A stretch of DNA of 64,000 nucleotides from Arenicellales bacterium (GCA_963663095.2 CAXXJB010000001.1:1596417-1660416), one strand, 5' to 3'. Counted from the first letter of the stretch, positions 20,580 to 31,651 are shown. Numbers and translations are program-made. The notes: generated from the letters alone by a model not told the origin.

Positions 20580-20912
20580 ATGAAACACATACGCGAATTT
20601 TTTGTCTATGTCGGACCGTTGCGCTCCATGCTGTACATACTCATGCTGATTCTGTTTATGTCAGCATTCTTTTCGATGGGTGAGACCCAGAAATCAGGTT
20701 TCATGATGTTTCCGACACTGATCGCACCGGCGATTGTCCCGATGCTGTTTTTTGTGAATTTGCTGGACGCAACGATGTGCAAGATCATGATGTCGGGCAA
20801 GAACGCGGCACAACGTAGACGGTACCGTCACATGATCTGGTACGATCTGATCAGTCTATTCGTGCTGTTTGCGGTTTGGACTCCGTTTTACAAAAGACTT
20901 CTGCAGCTCTGA
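20580..20912 (+). CDS. small integral membrane protein, unknown function
   Basis: 110 aa with three hydrophobic segments. It starts 4 nt after the preceding stop. Confidence 0.5.
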   Translation: MKHIREFFVYVGPLRSMLYILMLILFMSAFFSMGETQKSGFMMFPTLIAPAIVPMLFFVNLLDATMCKIMMSGKNAAQRRRYRHMIWYDLISLFVLFAVWTPFYKRLLQL

Positions 20913-20918
20913 ACCATT

Positions 20919-21425
20919 TCAATTGGATACGACTGGAATCGGCTTTGCTAGTCCGGTGACGATTTCCGTATTGTCGGTGTGATTGAATACCGACGGGGAG
21001 ATGATGATCTTACAGTCGCGACTTGAACCGCCAAGCACGATCTGCTCACAATCCATGACAGCACTGTCAACCCACAGTGGCAGATTGTCAGGTAGCCCGA
21101 TGGCGGTGACTCCGCCCAGAGTCATCCCTGTAATTGCCCGAGTTTCCTCGGCACCTGCGAACGAAACCCTTCTTGCCCCCAATTTCTTTCTGATCGTGTG
21201 ATTGACGTCCAGTCTGCAGTGCGCGAGTACAACACAGGCTGCAAATTTAGGCTCCCCTGACTTTGACTTGACGACAATTGTATTGGCACAGTCTTCAAGC
21301 GCGTAGCCGTAGTGCTTGACGAAAATTTCCGTATCCGCGAGTTCCGGATCGCAGGGAACCAGTTGATAGGGAACTTGCAGCGCATCCAGAGTGCGTACAA
21401 GCGTTTTTCTCTGTTTGTCATTCAT
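20919..21425 (-). CDS. YbaK/EbsC-type aminoacyl-tRNA editing domain protein
   Basis: The ATG at 21425 (MNDKQRKTL...) overlaps the lgt stop as ATGA. The body ...ANTIVVKSKSGEPKFAACVVLAHCRLD...ITGMTLGGVTAIGLP is YbaK-like. The 243-aa track ORF is an upstream over-extension into lgt. Confidence 0.75.
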   Translation of the reverse strand: MNDKQRKTLVRTLDALQVPYQLVPCDPELADTEIFVKHYGYALEDCANTIVVKSKSGEPKFAACVVLAHCRLDVNHTIRKKLGARRVSFAGAEETRAITGMTLGGVTAIGLPDNLPLWVDSAVMDCEQIVLGGSSRDCKIIISPSVFNHTDNTEIVTGLAKPIPVVSN

Positions 21426-22216
21426 ATTTTCGGATTTGATCGTCGAACCGCCAGACTCAGCAGAACAATACCGCCGATTATAAGAGGTAGAGATAGAATC
21501 TGGCCCATGGTGACCCAGTCGAAAAGAATGAACCCCAGCGGCACGTCCGGTTCGCGGAAAAATTCTACGGTAAAGCGGAACAATCCATATCCGGCAATAA
21601 ATATGCCGGTGACAGCACCGGCCGGTCGGGGTTTCGCAGAATAAATCCATAGTACCAGGAACAACACCAATCCCTCCAAAACTGCCTCATAGAGTTGCGA
21701 TGGATGTCTGGGAAGCTGTTCCGGGTCCGCTGGGAACACAATTGCCCATGGGACATCTGTTGTTCGCCCCCACAATTCTTGGTTGATGAAGTTTGCGACA
21801 CGACCGAAAAATAGTCCTATGGCGCAAAGTGGGCTGGAAAAATCAGCGACTCGCAATAAAGGAACATCTAACCTTCGACTGAAAATCCAACCTCCGGCAA
21901 AAGCACCCAGCAAGCCACCGTGGAATGACATACCGCCTTGCCAGACCTTCAGAATCTCTATTGGATTCCCGATGTAGTATTCAGGCTGGTAGAACAGCCC
22001 ATAACCGACTCTTCCTCCGACAATCGCTCCGAGCGCCACGAAGAGCACGAGATCAATGACATTTTGTGATTTCAGATATGTGCCGGGAAGTCCTGCGCGA
22101 ATTCTACCTAGAACAACGGCTGCTCCGATCCCAACAGCGTACGCAATCCCGTACCAACGAATCTGTATGAATTCAAGATCGATTGCAACGGGGTCGATGT
22201 CAGGAAACGAGAACAT
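21422..22216 (-). CDS. lgt: prolipoprotein diacylglyceryl transferase
   Basis: FPDIDPVAIDLEFIQIRWYGIAYAVGI..., GGMSFHGGLLG, GRVANFINQELWGR. Confidence 0.95.
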   Translation of the reverse strand: MFSFPDIDPVAIDLEFIQIRWYGIAYAVGIGAAVVLGRIRAGLPGTYLKSQNVIDLVLFVALGAIVGGRVGYGLFYQPEYYIGNPIEILKVWQGGMSFHGGLLGAFAGGWIFSRRLDVPLLRVADFSSPLCAIGLFFGRVANFINQELWGRTTDVPWAIVFPADPEQLPRHPSQLYEAVLEGLVLFLVLWIYSAKPRPAGAVTGIFIAGYGLFRFTVEFFREPDVPLGFILFDWVTMGQILSLPLIIGGIVLLSLAVRRSNPKI

Positions 22217-22495
22217 AGGAACTGTTTGGGAATTATATGAAAGTCAATTTTTTCCTGTTATTACGCATGAAACTATCATGCCGAGGTTACTTTTCGATAA
22301 GGTTAGGGAGAATGAAGGGTAAGAGGTCAAAGGGTCCTGAGCGGTACGAAAGAGTAACTTTGTCAACAGCTGATTGCGATTTTGACTTAGTTGAAAGTAG
22401 GAATGGATTTGTAAATTCGGACCAAGGCGGAGCAGTATTCGCAATAATGTGTACAATTGAAAGTATTATATTCAATAATACATTATAATAATGAC

Positions 22496-23668
22496 ATGAT
22501 TGAAAGAGAAATAACATCTTATCTGGTCAGGATGTTCAGGCAGTACCCATTTGTTACTGTAACCGGTCCGCGCCAGTCTGGAAAGACGACACTTTGCCGT
22601 GCAGCGTTCCCCGAACTGAAATATGTCAATCTGGAACTGCCGAATCAGCGAGAGTTTGCGGAATCGGATCCTCAGGGATTCCTCGCACAGCTGGGTGAAG
22701 GGGCTGTCATTGATGAGATTCAGAGGGTTCCGGATCTTTTGTCTTATCTACAGGTGTTTGCTGATGAATCCGGAAACGACAGCCTCTTTGTATTGACTGG
22801 AAGCGAACAGTTTCAGCTTTCGAATGCAATCAGCCAGTCTCTTGCCGGACGGACGGCGTTACTTCGTTTGTTGCCTTTCACATTGGCTGAACGCAGTCAG
22901 ACTGGCGCAAGCAACGATATCGACGATATTCTTTATACTGGGTTTTATCCCAGAGTTCACGCCAAACAGCGCGACCCCACTCAAACTCTCGGTGACTATT
23001 TGGAAAGTTACGTAGAAAGGGATATTCGGCGAATCGGTGAAATTCGAAATCTCTCAAGCTTTAGGCAATTTGTACGTCTATGCGCCGGGCGCGTCGGTCA
23101 ACTCGTCAATCTCTCACAACTGGGTGCCGATGCCGGAGTTTCCCATACGACAGCACGTCATTGGCTGACTGTTCTGGAAGCGAGCTACATCATTTTTCAA
23201 CTTCCGCCGTATTTCACCAACCTGAGAAAAAGGTTGATCAAATCGCCCAAACTCTACTTTTACGATGTCGGACTGGCCAGTTATCTCATCGGAATTGAAC
23301 ATGCCAATCAAATCAGCACACATCCGCTTCGCGGCGCTCTATTCGAAAACGCCGTAGTTGTGGAGGCGCTCAAGTACCGATTCAATCAAGGCCGCCGATC
23401 AAACCTATCTTTTTATCGGGATATCCGAGGTTTGGAATGTGATCTCTTATACGAATGCGGTCAAAACATCGGTGCATTTGAAATCAAGTCGGGTGCCACG
23501 ATTTCATCCAGTTTTTTCAACTCTCTCAGAAAAGTTTCGGAACTGTTGCCGCAAATCTCAACGAGAACGGTAGTCTATGGTGGTGCTGAACAGCAAGTCA
23601 GACAGGACGGTCAGGCTGTTCCACTCTGCGCATTGCCAGATGTGCTTTCTCAGCTGGACGGACAATAG
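22496..23668 (+). CDS. AAA+ ATPase with C-terminal DUF4143-type domain
   Basis: Walker A TGPRQSGKTTL and Walker B-like AVIDEIQ. The C-terminal half is typical of the AAA_14/DUF4143 family. ATG at 22496 is preferred over the TTG at 22457. Confidence 0.8.
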   Translation: MIEREITSYLVRMFRQYPFVTVTGPRQSGKTTLCRAAFPELKYVNLELPNQREFAESDPQGFLAQLGEGAVIDEIQRVPDLLSYLQVFADESGNDSLFVLTGSEQFQLSNAISQSLAGRTALLRLLPFTLAERSQTGASNDIDDILYTGFYPRVHAKQRDPTQTLGDYLESYVERDIRRIGEIRNLSSFRQFVRLCAGRVGQLVNLSQLGADAGVSHTTARHWLTVLEASYIIFQLPPYFTNLRKRLIKSPKLYFYDVGLASYLIGIEHANQISTHPLRGALFENAVVVEALKYRFNQGRRSNLSFYRDIRGLECDLLYECGQNIGAFEIKSGATISSSFFNSLRKVSELLPQISTRTVVYGGAEQQVRQDGQAVPLCALPDVLSQLDGQ

Positions 23669-23983
23669 CACACCCTTATGATTCAGCCGAAAGGCGGACT
23701 TCAATTTTGTTGGAGTCCGACTATTTGATTCGCTACTGTGTACCCAAAGTCATCAGGTCGTGCGCCGCCGACTTTGTCAATTCATTCGAATCTGGGTTAT
23801 GGCCGGAATACCTAATGGACTGGAAACAAGGCAAAAGTGAAACGAGTCTATCTGCAAAAGCATTTCATCGGAATCATTTGCAGAGCGGATCAATCACAAC
23901 TGCCGGAAGACAGACAATTTTTTTAGGACGTCTCAAGCGGTGTCTTTTCCGAAAAGTACCGCAAGTGGCACGTACGTTCCTGT

Positions 23984-26731
23984 TTACTCTTTCGATGTCT
24001 TGTCTATTTCGTCAGCCACCCAATCCACAAAGGCCTTTACAGTCGCAACATTCATCTGATTCGAATTGTCACCTGAAAGTATGCCGATCACATTGTGCGG
24101 AACCACTTTGCGGACACCGACATCACCCTCGAGCAGATATTGCGCGGCGGTTTCGTAGTTTTCTGGCTCCGGGTCACCGAGAAACGCCGCATAACCCTGT
24201 ATGCTGAATTTCACGGACTCCCTCGCAGGTACAAGCGATTCCTCAGTGAACCCTCCTCCCTCCAGCAGTACTGCCGCCTTGAGCTTGTGCCGTGCCTGGT
24301 CTATAAATGTAATTGCTTTTTTCAGCCGAATCATGTGTAAATCTTCTTCGCCATGACTGTCTGACGAATAGAATTCCTCGAAGTTTGCAGTCGGATTCGG
24401 AATCATTCCAGAGGAGGCGAGTTTCATCATGGCTTGATAGGAGCCGAAATCGATGGTGCTGGCTTTCATGTCCAATTTTCCCGACAGTTCACTTTCGACC
24501 CGAGTGGTTGCTTTCGCAGATGCGTCAATGACAATCAGTACCGAGTCATCGGATACGAAAATGTATCTCAGAGCACCACCATGCTCGGCAACAAGGTCGT
24601 CTCGCAACTGATCGAGCGTCGAAGGCTGTTCATCCTCAACGGGTATTTCAGTATCGCCGTCTCCCATGACCTCTTTCAGTTTCTCCATGAATGCAACACG
24701 ACCACTGGGTAAATCCATTTCCTTGACGTCCTCTCGCCCGTCAATGACACCTTCCGCGAGCGCTCGTTTCGCACTCAGCAATCCCAGCATCCGATGTTCA
24801 ATCGTAAATTCACTGATCAGGTTGATGACCGAGACAGGTCTTTCCTGATGTTTGCGCCAGACGCGGGAAATTCGCTGTTCAAGACGGGCAGGATTCCATG
24901 GCTGATCGATATTGATCACGGTATCCGCAACCTGCAGATTAAGTCCGACTCCGCCGGACTCCGACGACAGAAACAGTCGACACTCCTCATCCTCCCGGAA
25001 TCTCAGGATTTCCTCGCGACGACGGTGCTGCTGCACGCTTCCGGTATGCCAAGAAAACTCCATTTCCTCCTCAACGGCAAATTCCCGAATCAAATCAAGC
25101 ATTCGTACCCATTCTGAAAACACGATAATCTTGCGATCAGGATCCTCGAGCAGTTCAGGTATGACCCTTCTCAGCTCATCAAGTTTCGGACACACACGCG
25201 ACTCGCTGTCAAGAATATAGGCGGTGTCACAAACCATCCGCATACATGCCAGATATCTTTGAAGTCGCTCGAACTCTTCAGGTGTCAGCGGTCTGCGTTT
25301 CTCGATGCTGGTCAGACGACCGACCATTGCCTTGTAATTTTCGTAAATCGGCTCCTGCTCCGCCGATAGAGGAACAAAAAAGTTCTTCACCGTCCGTGGA
25401 GGCAGATCTTTCTCAACATCCTCTTTTCTTCTTCGAAGCATTATCGAGGAGAGTCGGTGCGAAAGCTTGTCCAGATTCTTATAGCCGACCGGCTTGCCAT
25501 ACTCGTTAAGCCTGTAATATTCCCTGTTGAATCTGAAAAGCGGGCCCAAAAGATCAGAATCCAGAAAATCAACAATGGAGTAGACTTCATCAATTCGATT
25601 CTCAAGGGGAGTTCCGGTCAAGACAAACGCGTAACGACTCTGAAGCCGCTTGATTTCGGTGGCTGTTTTGGTTCGCCAGTTCTTTATGCGTTGGGCTTCA
25701 TCCAGTATGATCAGATCCGGATGCAGAAGTTCCTGGATTGTTTCTCTGTCGTACAGTATCTGTTCATAATTGCACAGTGTGAAAAATGTACGATTTCGAT
25801 AGGCCTTTTTGCGGGCGGTTATGTCACCGAAAACAATCTGTGTCGGCATGCCTGAAAAAAGTCTGATCTGCTCTTCCCATTCTGTCTTCAGCGAAGCGGG
25901 CGATATCACCATAACACACTGTATCCCCCTTAAATTACGTAAAAGCATCGCGGCAGCGACAGCCTGCACAGTCTTGCCCAACCCCATGTCATCCGCCAGC
26001 AATGCGCGTTCGCCGAAAGCCAGATGCAAAACGCCTTCAATCTGATAGGGCAACAACGGGAGATTGAGAAAATTCAGGTCGTATGTTCCGGTCTGCAGTC
26101 CTCGTTCGAACCGACTTCGTCGGCGTTTTTTCCGCCGTTCGTTGAGCTTGAACTCGACCCAGGCATCCAAGTTTTTGGAAACCCGCAAACTGTCGCTGTT
26201 GAATTGTTCCAGATGCCTGAGCGAACCCAATGCGGTTCTAGAACCACGCCGCAGCTTTCTCACCAACCGCTCAGTTTCCCGATTGATTTCCGAGTCGGAA
26301 ATGACAGTTGAAGCTGACTGTGCGACAGCTACATTGCGTTTGCCCCGCTCGTCGAGAAAGACCTCTATCCGTGGATTCGGGTGGTCTTGGAGTTTTTTCG
26401 GTAGATTTTGTCGGATGTGATGAACTGCACCTTCAATATGCTTGCATGTCCCCAATCGGTTTGTGAGGAAGTCCGTACACTCGCAGGAGTTGATTCTTTC
26501 TGTCAGCGAACGAATCTCAACGATGTAACTGATGCCACTTGTCGATCGTACTTCGTAATCGGAATAAACTTCACCGGATTCTTCAAGTGGTCTGACATCG
26601 CTGATTTCAGTTTTTCCTCTCCATTGACGTCGTCTGATTTCATCCTCATCAGATGTTGCCCATCCGGTGAACTGAGGGGGTCGTTCTTTCTGCTTTATTT
26701 TTGGTGACGATTTCTTTACTGAGTTGGTCAT
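23984..26731 (-). CDS. SNF2-family helicase with N-terminal SWIM zinc finger and an uncharacterised ~270-aa C-terminal extension
   Basis: SWIM CxC...CxH (CECTDFLTNRLGTCKHIEGAVHH). SNF2 motifs LLPYQIEGV...DDMGLGKT, DEAQRIKN, GGVGLNLQVADTVINIDQPWNPARLEQRISR. Confidence 0.9.
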   Translation of the reverse strand: MTNSVKKSSPKIKQKERPPQFTGWATSDEDEIRRRQWRGKTEISDVRPLEESGEVYSDYEVRSTSGISYIVEIRSLTERINSCECTDFLTNRLGTCKHIEGAVHHIRQNLPKKLQDHPNPRIEVFLDERGKRNVAVAQSASTVISDSEINRETERLVRKLRRGSRTALGSLRHLEQFNSDSLRVSKNLDAWVEFKLNERRKKRRRSRFERGLQTGTYDLNFLNLPLLPYQIEGVLHLAFGERALLADDMGLGKTVQAVAAAMLLRNLRGIQCVMVISPASLKTEWEEQIRLFSGMPTQIVFGDITARKKAYRNRTFFTLCNYEQILYDRETIQELLHPDLIILDEAQRIKNWRTKTATEIKRLQSRYAFVLTGTPLENRIDEVYSIVDFLDSDLLGPLFRFNREYYRLNEYGKPVGYKNLDKLSHRLSSIMLRRRKEDVEKDLPPRTVKNFFVPLSAEQEPIYENYKAMVGRLTSIEKRRPLTPEEFERLQRYLACMRMVCDTAYILDSESRVCPKLDELRRVIPELLEDPDRKIIVFSEWVRMLDLIREFAVEEEMEFSWHTGSVQQHRRREEILRFREDEECRLFLSSESGGVGLNLQVADTVINIDQPWNPARLEQRISRVWRKHQERPVSVINLISEFTIEHRMLGLLSAKRALAEGVIDGREDVKEMDLPSGRVAFMEKLKEVMGDGDTEIPVEDEQPSTLDQLRDDLVAEHGGALRYIFVSDDSVLIVIDASAKATTRVESELSGKLDMKASTIDFGSYQAMMKLASSGMIPNPTANFEEFYSSDSHGEEDLHMIRLKKAITFIDQARHKLKAAVLLEGGGFTEESLVPARESVKFSIQGYAAFLGDPEPENYETAAQYLLEGDVGVRKVVPHNVIGILSGDNSNQMNVATVKAFVDWVADEIDKTSKE

Positions 26732-26840
26732 TTGATCTTCGAACTAAGAGTCATCTATGTTGAACTGATTGGCTGCAATTGCGATAGAATCATTCGCTCT
26801 TTGAATATTCTACCGATGCTGATAGGTCGATTGTACAATT

Positions 26841-27116
26841 TCAGGCTTTCTCACCTTGCCCAATATCATATGGACCCGAGTCGGAACTGAAGTCGGTCAA
26901 TTCGAAGATTATGTGCGGTTCGGTTCCGGGAAAGATAGTACGAATTTCGCTGAGCTGATGAAGCGATGGTACCAGCATACGCTGACTGGTGAAGTTGACG
27001 AAATCGAATATGCGGGAGCGAAAGATTTGGCTTTCCGGTATGGTTCTGTCGCTGGCAAACCACTTCTCGGCAGTCTCGTCGGCCTGTAACTTTCCGATCG
27101 GCTCGACGACTGCCAT
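26841..27116 (-). CDS. small hypothetical protein upstream of the SNF2 gene
   Basis: 91-aa ORF, same strand, 109 nt upstream of the helicase start. No recognisable motif, and competing ORFs exist on both strands. Confidence 0.3.
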   Translation of the reverse strand: MAVVEPIGKLQADETAEKWFASDRTIPESQIFRSRIFDFVNFTSQRMLVPSLHQLSEIRTIFPGTEPHIIFELTDFSSDSGPYDIGQGEKA

Positions 27117-27542
27117 GCCAGCTCTTTCATACTGACCGGAGTTCTTTTTGCCCCTTGTTCACCAGTTCTTTCCCTGACCTTTGCGAAATTTCACCTGTAG
27201 CATGACAGAATTCAGGGACAATGACAGGAATAATCTGACTTTTGCAATTAGTTCCAAATTTTTTTGGTGAATATGCAACAATATATTTTTAATATAGACT
27301 TCTTCCGGAACGAATCGGTATTCAATACTTGGGAATTAATTTGTTGACCACACAAAGATCGCTTGAGCCATAAAAATTATTCATAGTTTTCCATTAATGC
27401 AATCACTGAGTGAATTTCATGTTGTCAGGTATATACGTCTCAAGTTCTTGGCATACATTTGAATCTGATTTACAGTTCCAAACAGCGTTGAATTCGAAGA
27501 AATTGAAAATAAATATGATCCTTACAACAAAGTCGCTGATTC

Positions 27543-29652
27543 ATGAGTAGTAATGAACCTAAAACCAATCGCCTGATTCACGAAAAAAGTCCCTATCTGC
27601 TTCAACACGCCTACAACCCCCTTGGGGGGAAGAAGCGTCGATTGGTATCCTTGGGGGGAAGAAGCCATCAGCCGGGCGAGAGAAGAAAATCGTCTGATCC
27701 TGCTATCTGTCGGATATTCCGCCTGCCATTGGTGTCATGTCATGGAACACGAATCTTTTGAGGATGAGAAGGTCGCGAACATCATGAACAAGAACTTTGT
27801 TTGTGTCAAAGTGGATAGGGAAGAACGGCCGGATCTTGACATCATATATCAGACCGCTCATCAACTGTTCAACCAACGGGCTGGGGGTTGGCCACTTACC
27901 GCTTTTCTCACTCCCGATGAGCATGCCCCGCTTTTTGTGGGTACGTATTTCCCGCCGACAGCGCGTTTCGGGATGCCAGCTTTCAGTGATCTGCTGAAGA
28001 ACATTGCCGCTAGATACCAGGAACGGAAAGGAGGCCTCGACGAACACAATGCAACGATGAAAGACGCCTTCCAGCGACTTCGACTTGTTGATGGAGACTT
28101 CAACCTGCCGGTGGACAACTCGTTGCTGGAAACGGCAGTCAGGGACCTCTTCTCACAATATGATCCGGTATACGGGGGATTCGGTGACGCGCCTAAGTTT
28201 CCCCACACCACCCAGTTACAGCTATTGTTGACATATTGGCAGGTCGGTGATCGCGATACACGCTTTCTTGACCGCGCTTTGGACATTGCCGTTCATACAC
28301 TCCAATCGATGTCTCAAGGCGGTCTGTACGATCATCTAGGTGGTGGATTCTATCGTTATTCGGTCGATGCTCGGTGGGAGATACCTCATTTTGAAAAGAT
28401 GCTCTATGACAATGCACTCCTTATGCCGTTGTATGTCGATGCGGGAATTGCCGCTCAGAGAACCGACTTTCACGAAACGGCGATTCAGACCGGATTGTGG
28501 GTCATTCGGGAAATGCAGTCCGAAGCCGGAGGCTATTTTTCCACACTTGATGCTGATACAAAGGGCATGGAAGGACAATTTTACGTGTGGAAGGTCGACC
28601 AACTGAAAGACATTCTTACGTACGAGGAGTTCAAGGCGATGGATGTTCGTTTCGGATTGCGAGGTGAACCGAATTTCGAGGGTAAATGGCACTTGAGAAT
28701 CGTCAGTTCGTTGGACCTCACTGCCGATCGGGCCGGACTTCCACCAACTGAGGTTCCATCACTGCTTGAACAGGCGGCCAAGAAATTGTTCATTGCGCGA
28801 AGCGAGCGTACACGACCCGACCGGGATGAGAAAATTCTTACATCTTGGAACGGGCTCATGATCAAATCGATGTCCAACGCGGGTAGGATGATCGAGCGGC
28901 CGGATTTCATCGAATCGGCACAGAAGGCAGTTAACTTTGTAAGAAGCCACATGTGGAAGGAAGGCAGACTGCTAGCGACAGCGACAGACGAAGAAGCCCG
29001 ACTGAATGCATATCTTGACGACTATGTATTTCTCGCGGAGGGGATAATGGAGCTGTTGCAGGCACGTTGGAGCAGCGAAGAGTTTGAATTCGTCATCGAG
29101 TTGATGGAGGTATTGCTGACGCATTTTGTCGACGAGCAGTACGGCGCATTATGCTTTACATCTGACGATCACGAAACACTGATCACCCGTACGATTCCAA
29201 CCCACGACGACGCAACCCCTTCGGCAAATGGTATTGCCGCACACACGCTGACTAAACTGGGGCACATGACTGGTGAGCAACGTTATCTCAATGCCGCTGA
29301 TAAAATTTTACGCGCAATTCAACCGGCCGCGCTTCATATGCCGTCCTCTTTCGGTGCGAGTCTCGTCGCGATTGAAGAGATGGTCAACCCAGGTACCTAT
29401 ATTGTCATTCGCGGAGTACAAGATAAGATCAATCGATGGTCGGCCGCGTGTGCGAAAGCCGGATCTTCGAATCTGATTGTGTTTGCGATTCCTGATGATG
29501 TAGGTGAACTGCCTGGACTGTTGGCTGAGAAGAGGCCTTCCGATGACTCCTCAACTGTTGCCTACGTCTGTTGCGGATTTCAATGCCTTGCGCCGTTTGA
29601 CTCTCTTGACGAATTGCTTGAAGCGATCCCTCGACGCGAAAATCGCCGGTGA
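27543..29652 (+). pseudogene. thioredoxin-domain YyaL/DUF255-family protein disrupted by a 16-nt duplication near the 5' end
   Basis: The ATG at 27543 gives [26 protein letters not shown], the family N-terminus. A second copy of CTTGGGGGGAAGAAGC (27621-27636, duplicating 27650-27665) then shifts the frame. Deleting it restores ...[19 protein letters not shown]...[11 protein letters not shown]. The remaining 676-aa frame (from the TTG at 27622) is intact. Confidence 0.85.
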
Positions 29653-30038
29653 TTGTGGCTTTACCTTTAGACCAGAACAGTAAAGTGCCCAACTGAAGTA
29701 TGAGTGAGTGTCTGTCTGAATTTTTAAATTTCCCAGATGAAATTAACCACGCTTCGTGGTAAATTTCTTTTGACCGACAATAGACAAGATATTGGCTGAG
29801 TGTTTCCATCAGAATCTACGCGTTGTCTCACTTAATTGTTAAGATCGTATCCGTCGAAGTTAACTAAGCCGGCTGGGTATCCTTTGTGCGTAGGGACACA
29901 AATCTGATTAAGGTGATGGGAGGTTCTTTGTGGGGGTGGAACCGAGCAAACCAAGTCAGTATGCCGCTTTAAATATCCGCTGCTATGCTTGGTTTTCGGT
30001 TATAAATTTTCTTCCCAAGAGTACACTCTGATTTAACT

Positions 30039-31651
30039 ATGGTTTTTAATCTTCCTATTAATATCAAACATCTGCTGAATCAGTGAACCGTCGAAAGCGA
30101 GCGAATCGAATACAAATCCGACTGGAATCCCAAAGCCGTGATTCATACGATGTGCGCTTTTGCCAACGACTTTCAGAACTTGGGTGGTGGTTACATTGTA
30201 ATTGGAGTTAGCGAGGAAAACGGAAAACCGGTTTTGCCTCCAATCGGATTGAAATCTGAAAGAATCGATTCAATTCAAAAAGATCTGTTGAATTTGGGGA
30301 ATTCAGCGATAGCACGGGCATATCATCCGGTAACATCCACATGTGTAATTGACAGTAAAACCATTCTGGTATTGTGGGTACCGGGCGGGGCAACACGTCC
30401 TTACCGGGCGAAAGTCAGAATTGGAAAAATGTCCGTGAATGGGCTTGGTATATTCGTAAGGGTACCAGTACCGTAATGGCGAAAGATGAAGACGAACGAG
30501 AGCTGATGTCGCTTGCTGCGTCCGTTCCGTTTGATCATCGATATCAGCAGACTGCCCAAATTTCAGATTTGTCGCCGCATCTGATCAGAGAGTATCTCAC
30601 CGAGATCGGTAGTGATTTGGTATTCGATGCAGGTCAACTTGATTCGGAAGCGTTGGGAAGACGGATGAATATTGTCGGTGGTCCCAAAGAAGTATCGTTT
30701 CCCAAAAATGTCGGTCTGATGTTCTTCAACAAATCTCCGAGTCGGTTTTCCCCGCGACACAAATCGATGTGGTCTAATTTCCGGACGGTCCGGGAGGAGA
30801 TCATTTTGAGGAGAAAGAGTTTCTGGGACCATTGGGAGACATGATCAGGGAGTCAATCGACTATATTGATCGAAATTATCTGAAACAGATCGTAATCAAA
30901 CACCCTGACCGACCCGAAGCAGAAAGAGTCTGGAATTTTCCGCTTGCTGCTATTGAGGAAGCGGTCGTCAATGCAGTCTATCATCGGTCGTACGAGATTC
31001 GAGAATCGATCGAGGTACGAATAACACCTGAGGATTTGGTAGTACTCAGTTACCCGGGGCCCGATCGTTCAATTCGACTGGCTGACTTGAATTCCGGAGG
31101 TGTAGCCAGTCATCGCAATAGAAATCGCCGAATTGGTGAGTTTCTTAAGGAGATGGAGCTTGCAGAGGGTCGTTCAACCGGCGTGCCCAAAAATTTTTCG
31201 GACAATGAAAAGCAATGCGTCACCGAGGCCTCAGTTCGAAACTGATGAGAACCACAGTTATTTTATTGTGAGATTACCGGTTCATTCTGGAATCAGAAAG
31301 AATGATGACCAAGTAAGTGACCATGTAGCCGAAAAACGAGTTGAAGATGAAACTGTACAAGTGATTGACAATAAAACAGGAAAATTTACAAAACAGATGG
31401 CTCAGCAAGACGCTAACCAAGTAAGTGACCAAGTTTGGGCATTGTTGGATGTGCTGTCCAGCGGACCGCTGGGAGCCGCAGTTGCAATGAAAAAACTCAA
31501 TTTGAAACATCGAACATACTTTCGGAAAATTTTTTTGCGACCAGCATTAGACCTGGGTTTGATCGAAATGTCTCAACCGGATTCTCCACGCAGTCCCAGT
31601 CAGGAATATGGATTGTCGGCAAGCGGACGCAATCTGATTCGCAATCGTTAG
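30039..31651 (+). pseudogene. decayed AlbA_2 (divergent AAA_4) / HATPase_c_4 / wHTH 'RNA-binding domain' family gene
   Basis: Four consecutive ORF pieces in different frames, plus in-frame stops TGA (30084-30086) and TAA (30775-30777). Family motifs: ESERIEYKSDWNPKAVIHTMCAFANDFQNLGGGYIVIGV; AIEEAVVNAVYHRSYE; RRIGEFLKEMELAEGRSTGVPKI. At least two of the three frame changes lie at homopolymer runs (T4C4 near 30746-30753; A5T5 at 31189-31198). Confidence 0.75.

Noticed and set aside
20919-21650. Long (243-aa) version of the YbaK-like ORF
   Set aside because: The upstream 75 codons overlap lgt in another frame. The ATG at 21425 gives a full-length YbaK-type domain with an ATGA junction to lgt.
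23707-24207. 166-aa + strand ORF downstream of the DUF4143 ATPase
   Set aside because: It largely overlaps the 3' end of the SNF2 helicase gene on the opposite strand, and its composition is not protein-like.
30084-30086. In-frame TGA in the AlbA_2-family gene as possible selenocysteine, and TAG in the RES gene (15471-15473) as recoding
   Set aside because: No SECIS-like hairpin is evident. The AlbA_2-family gene carries additional frameshifts and a TAA, and neither family is known to use recoding. Ordinary nonsense mutations are the simpler reading.
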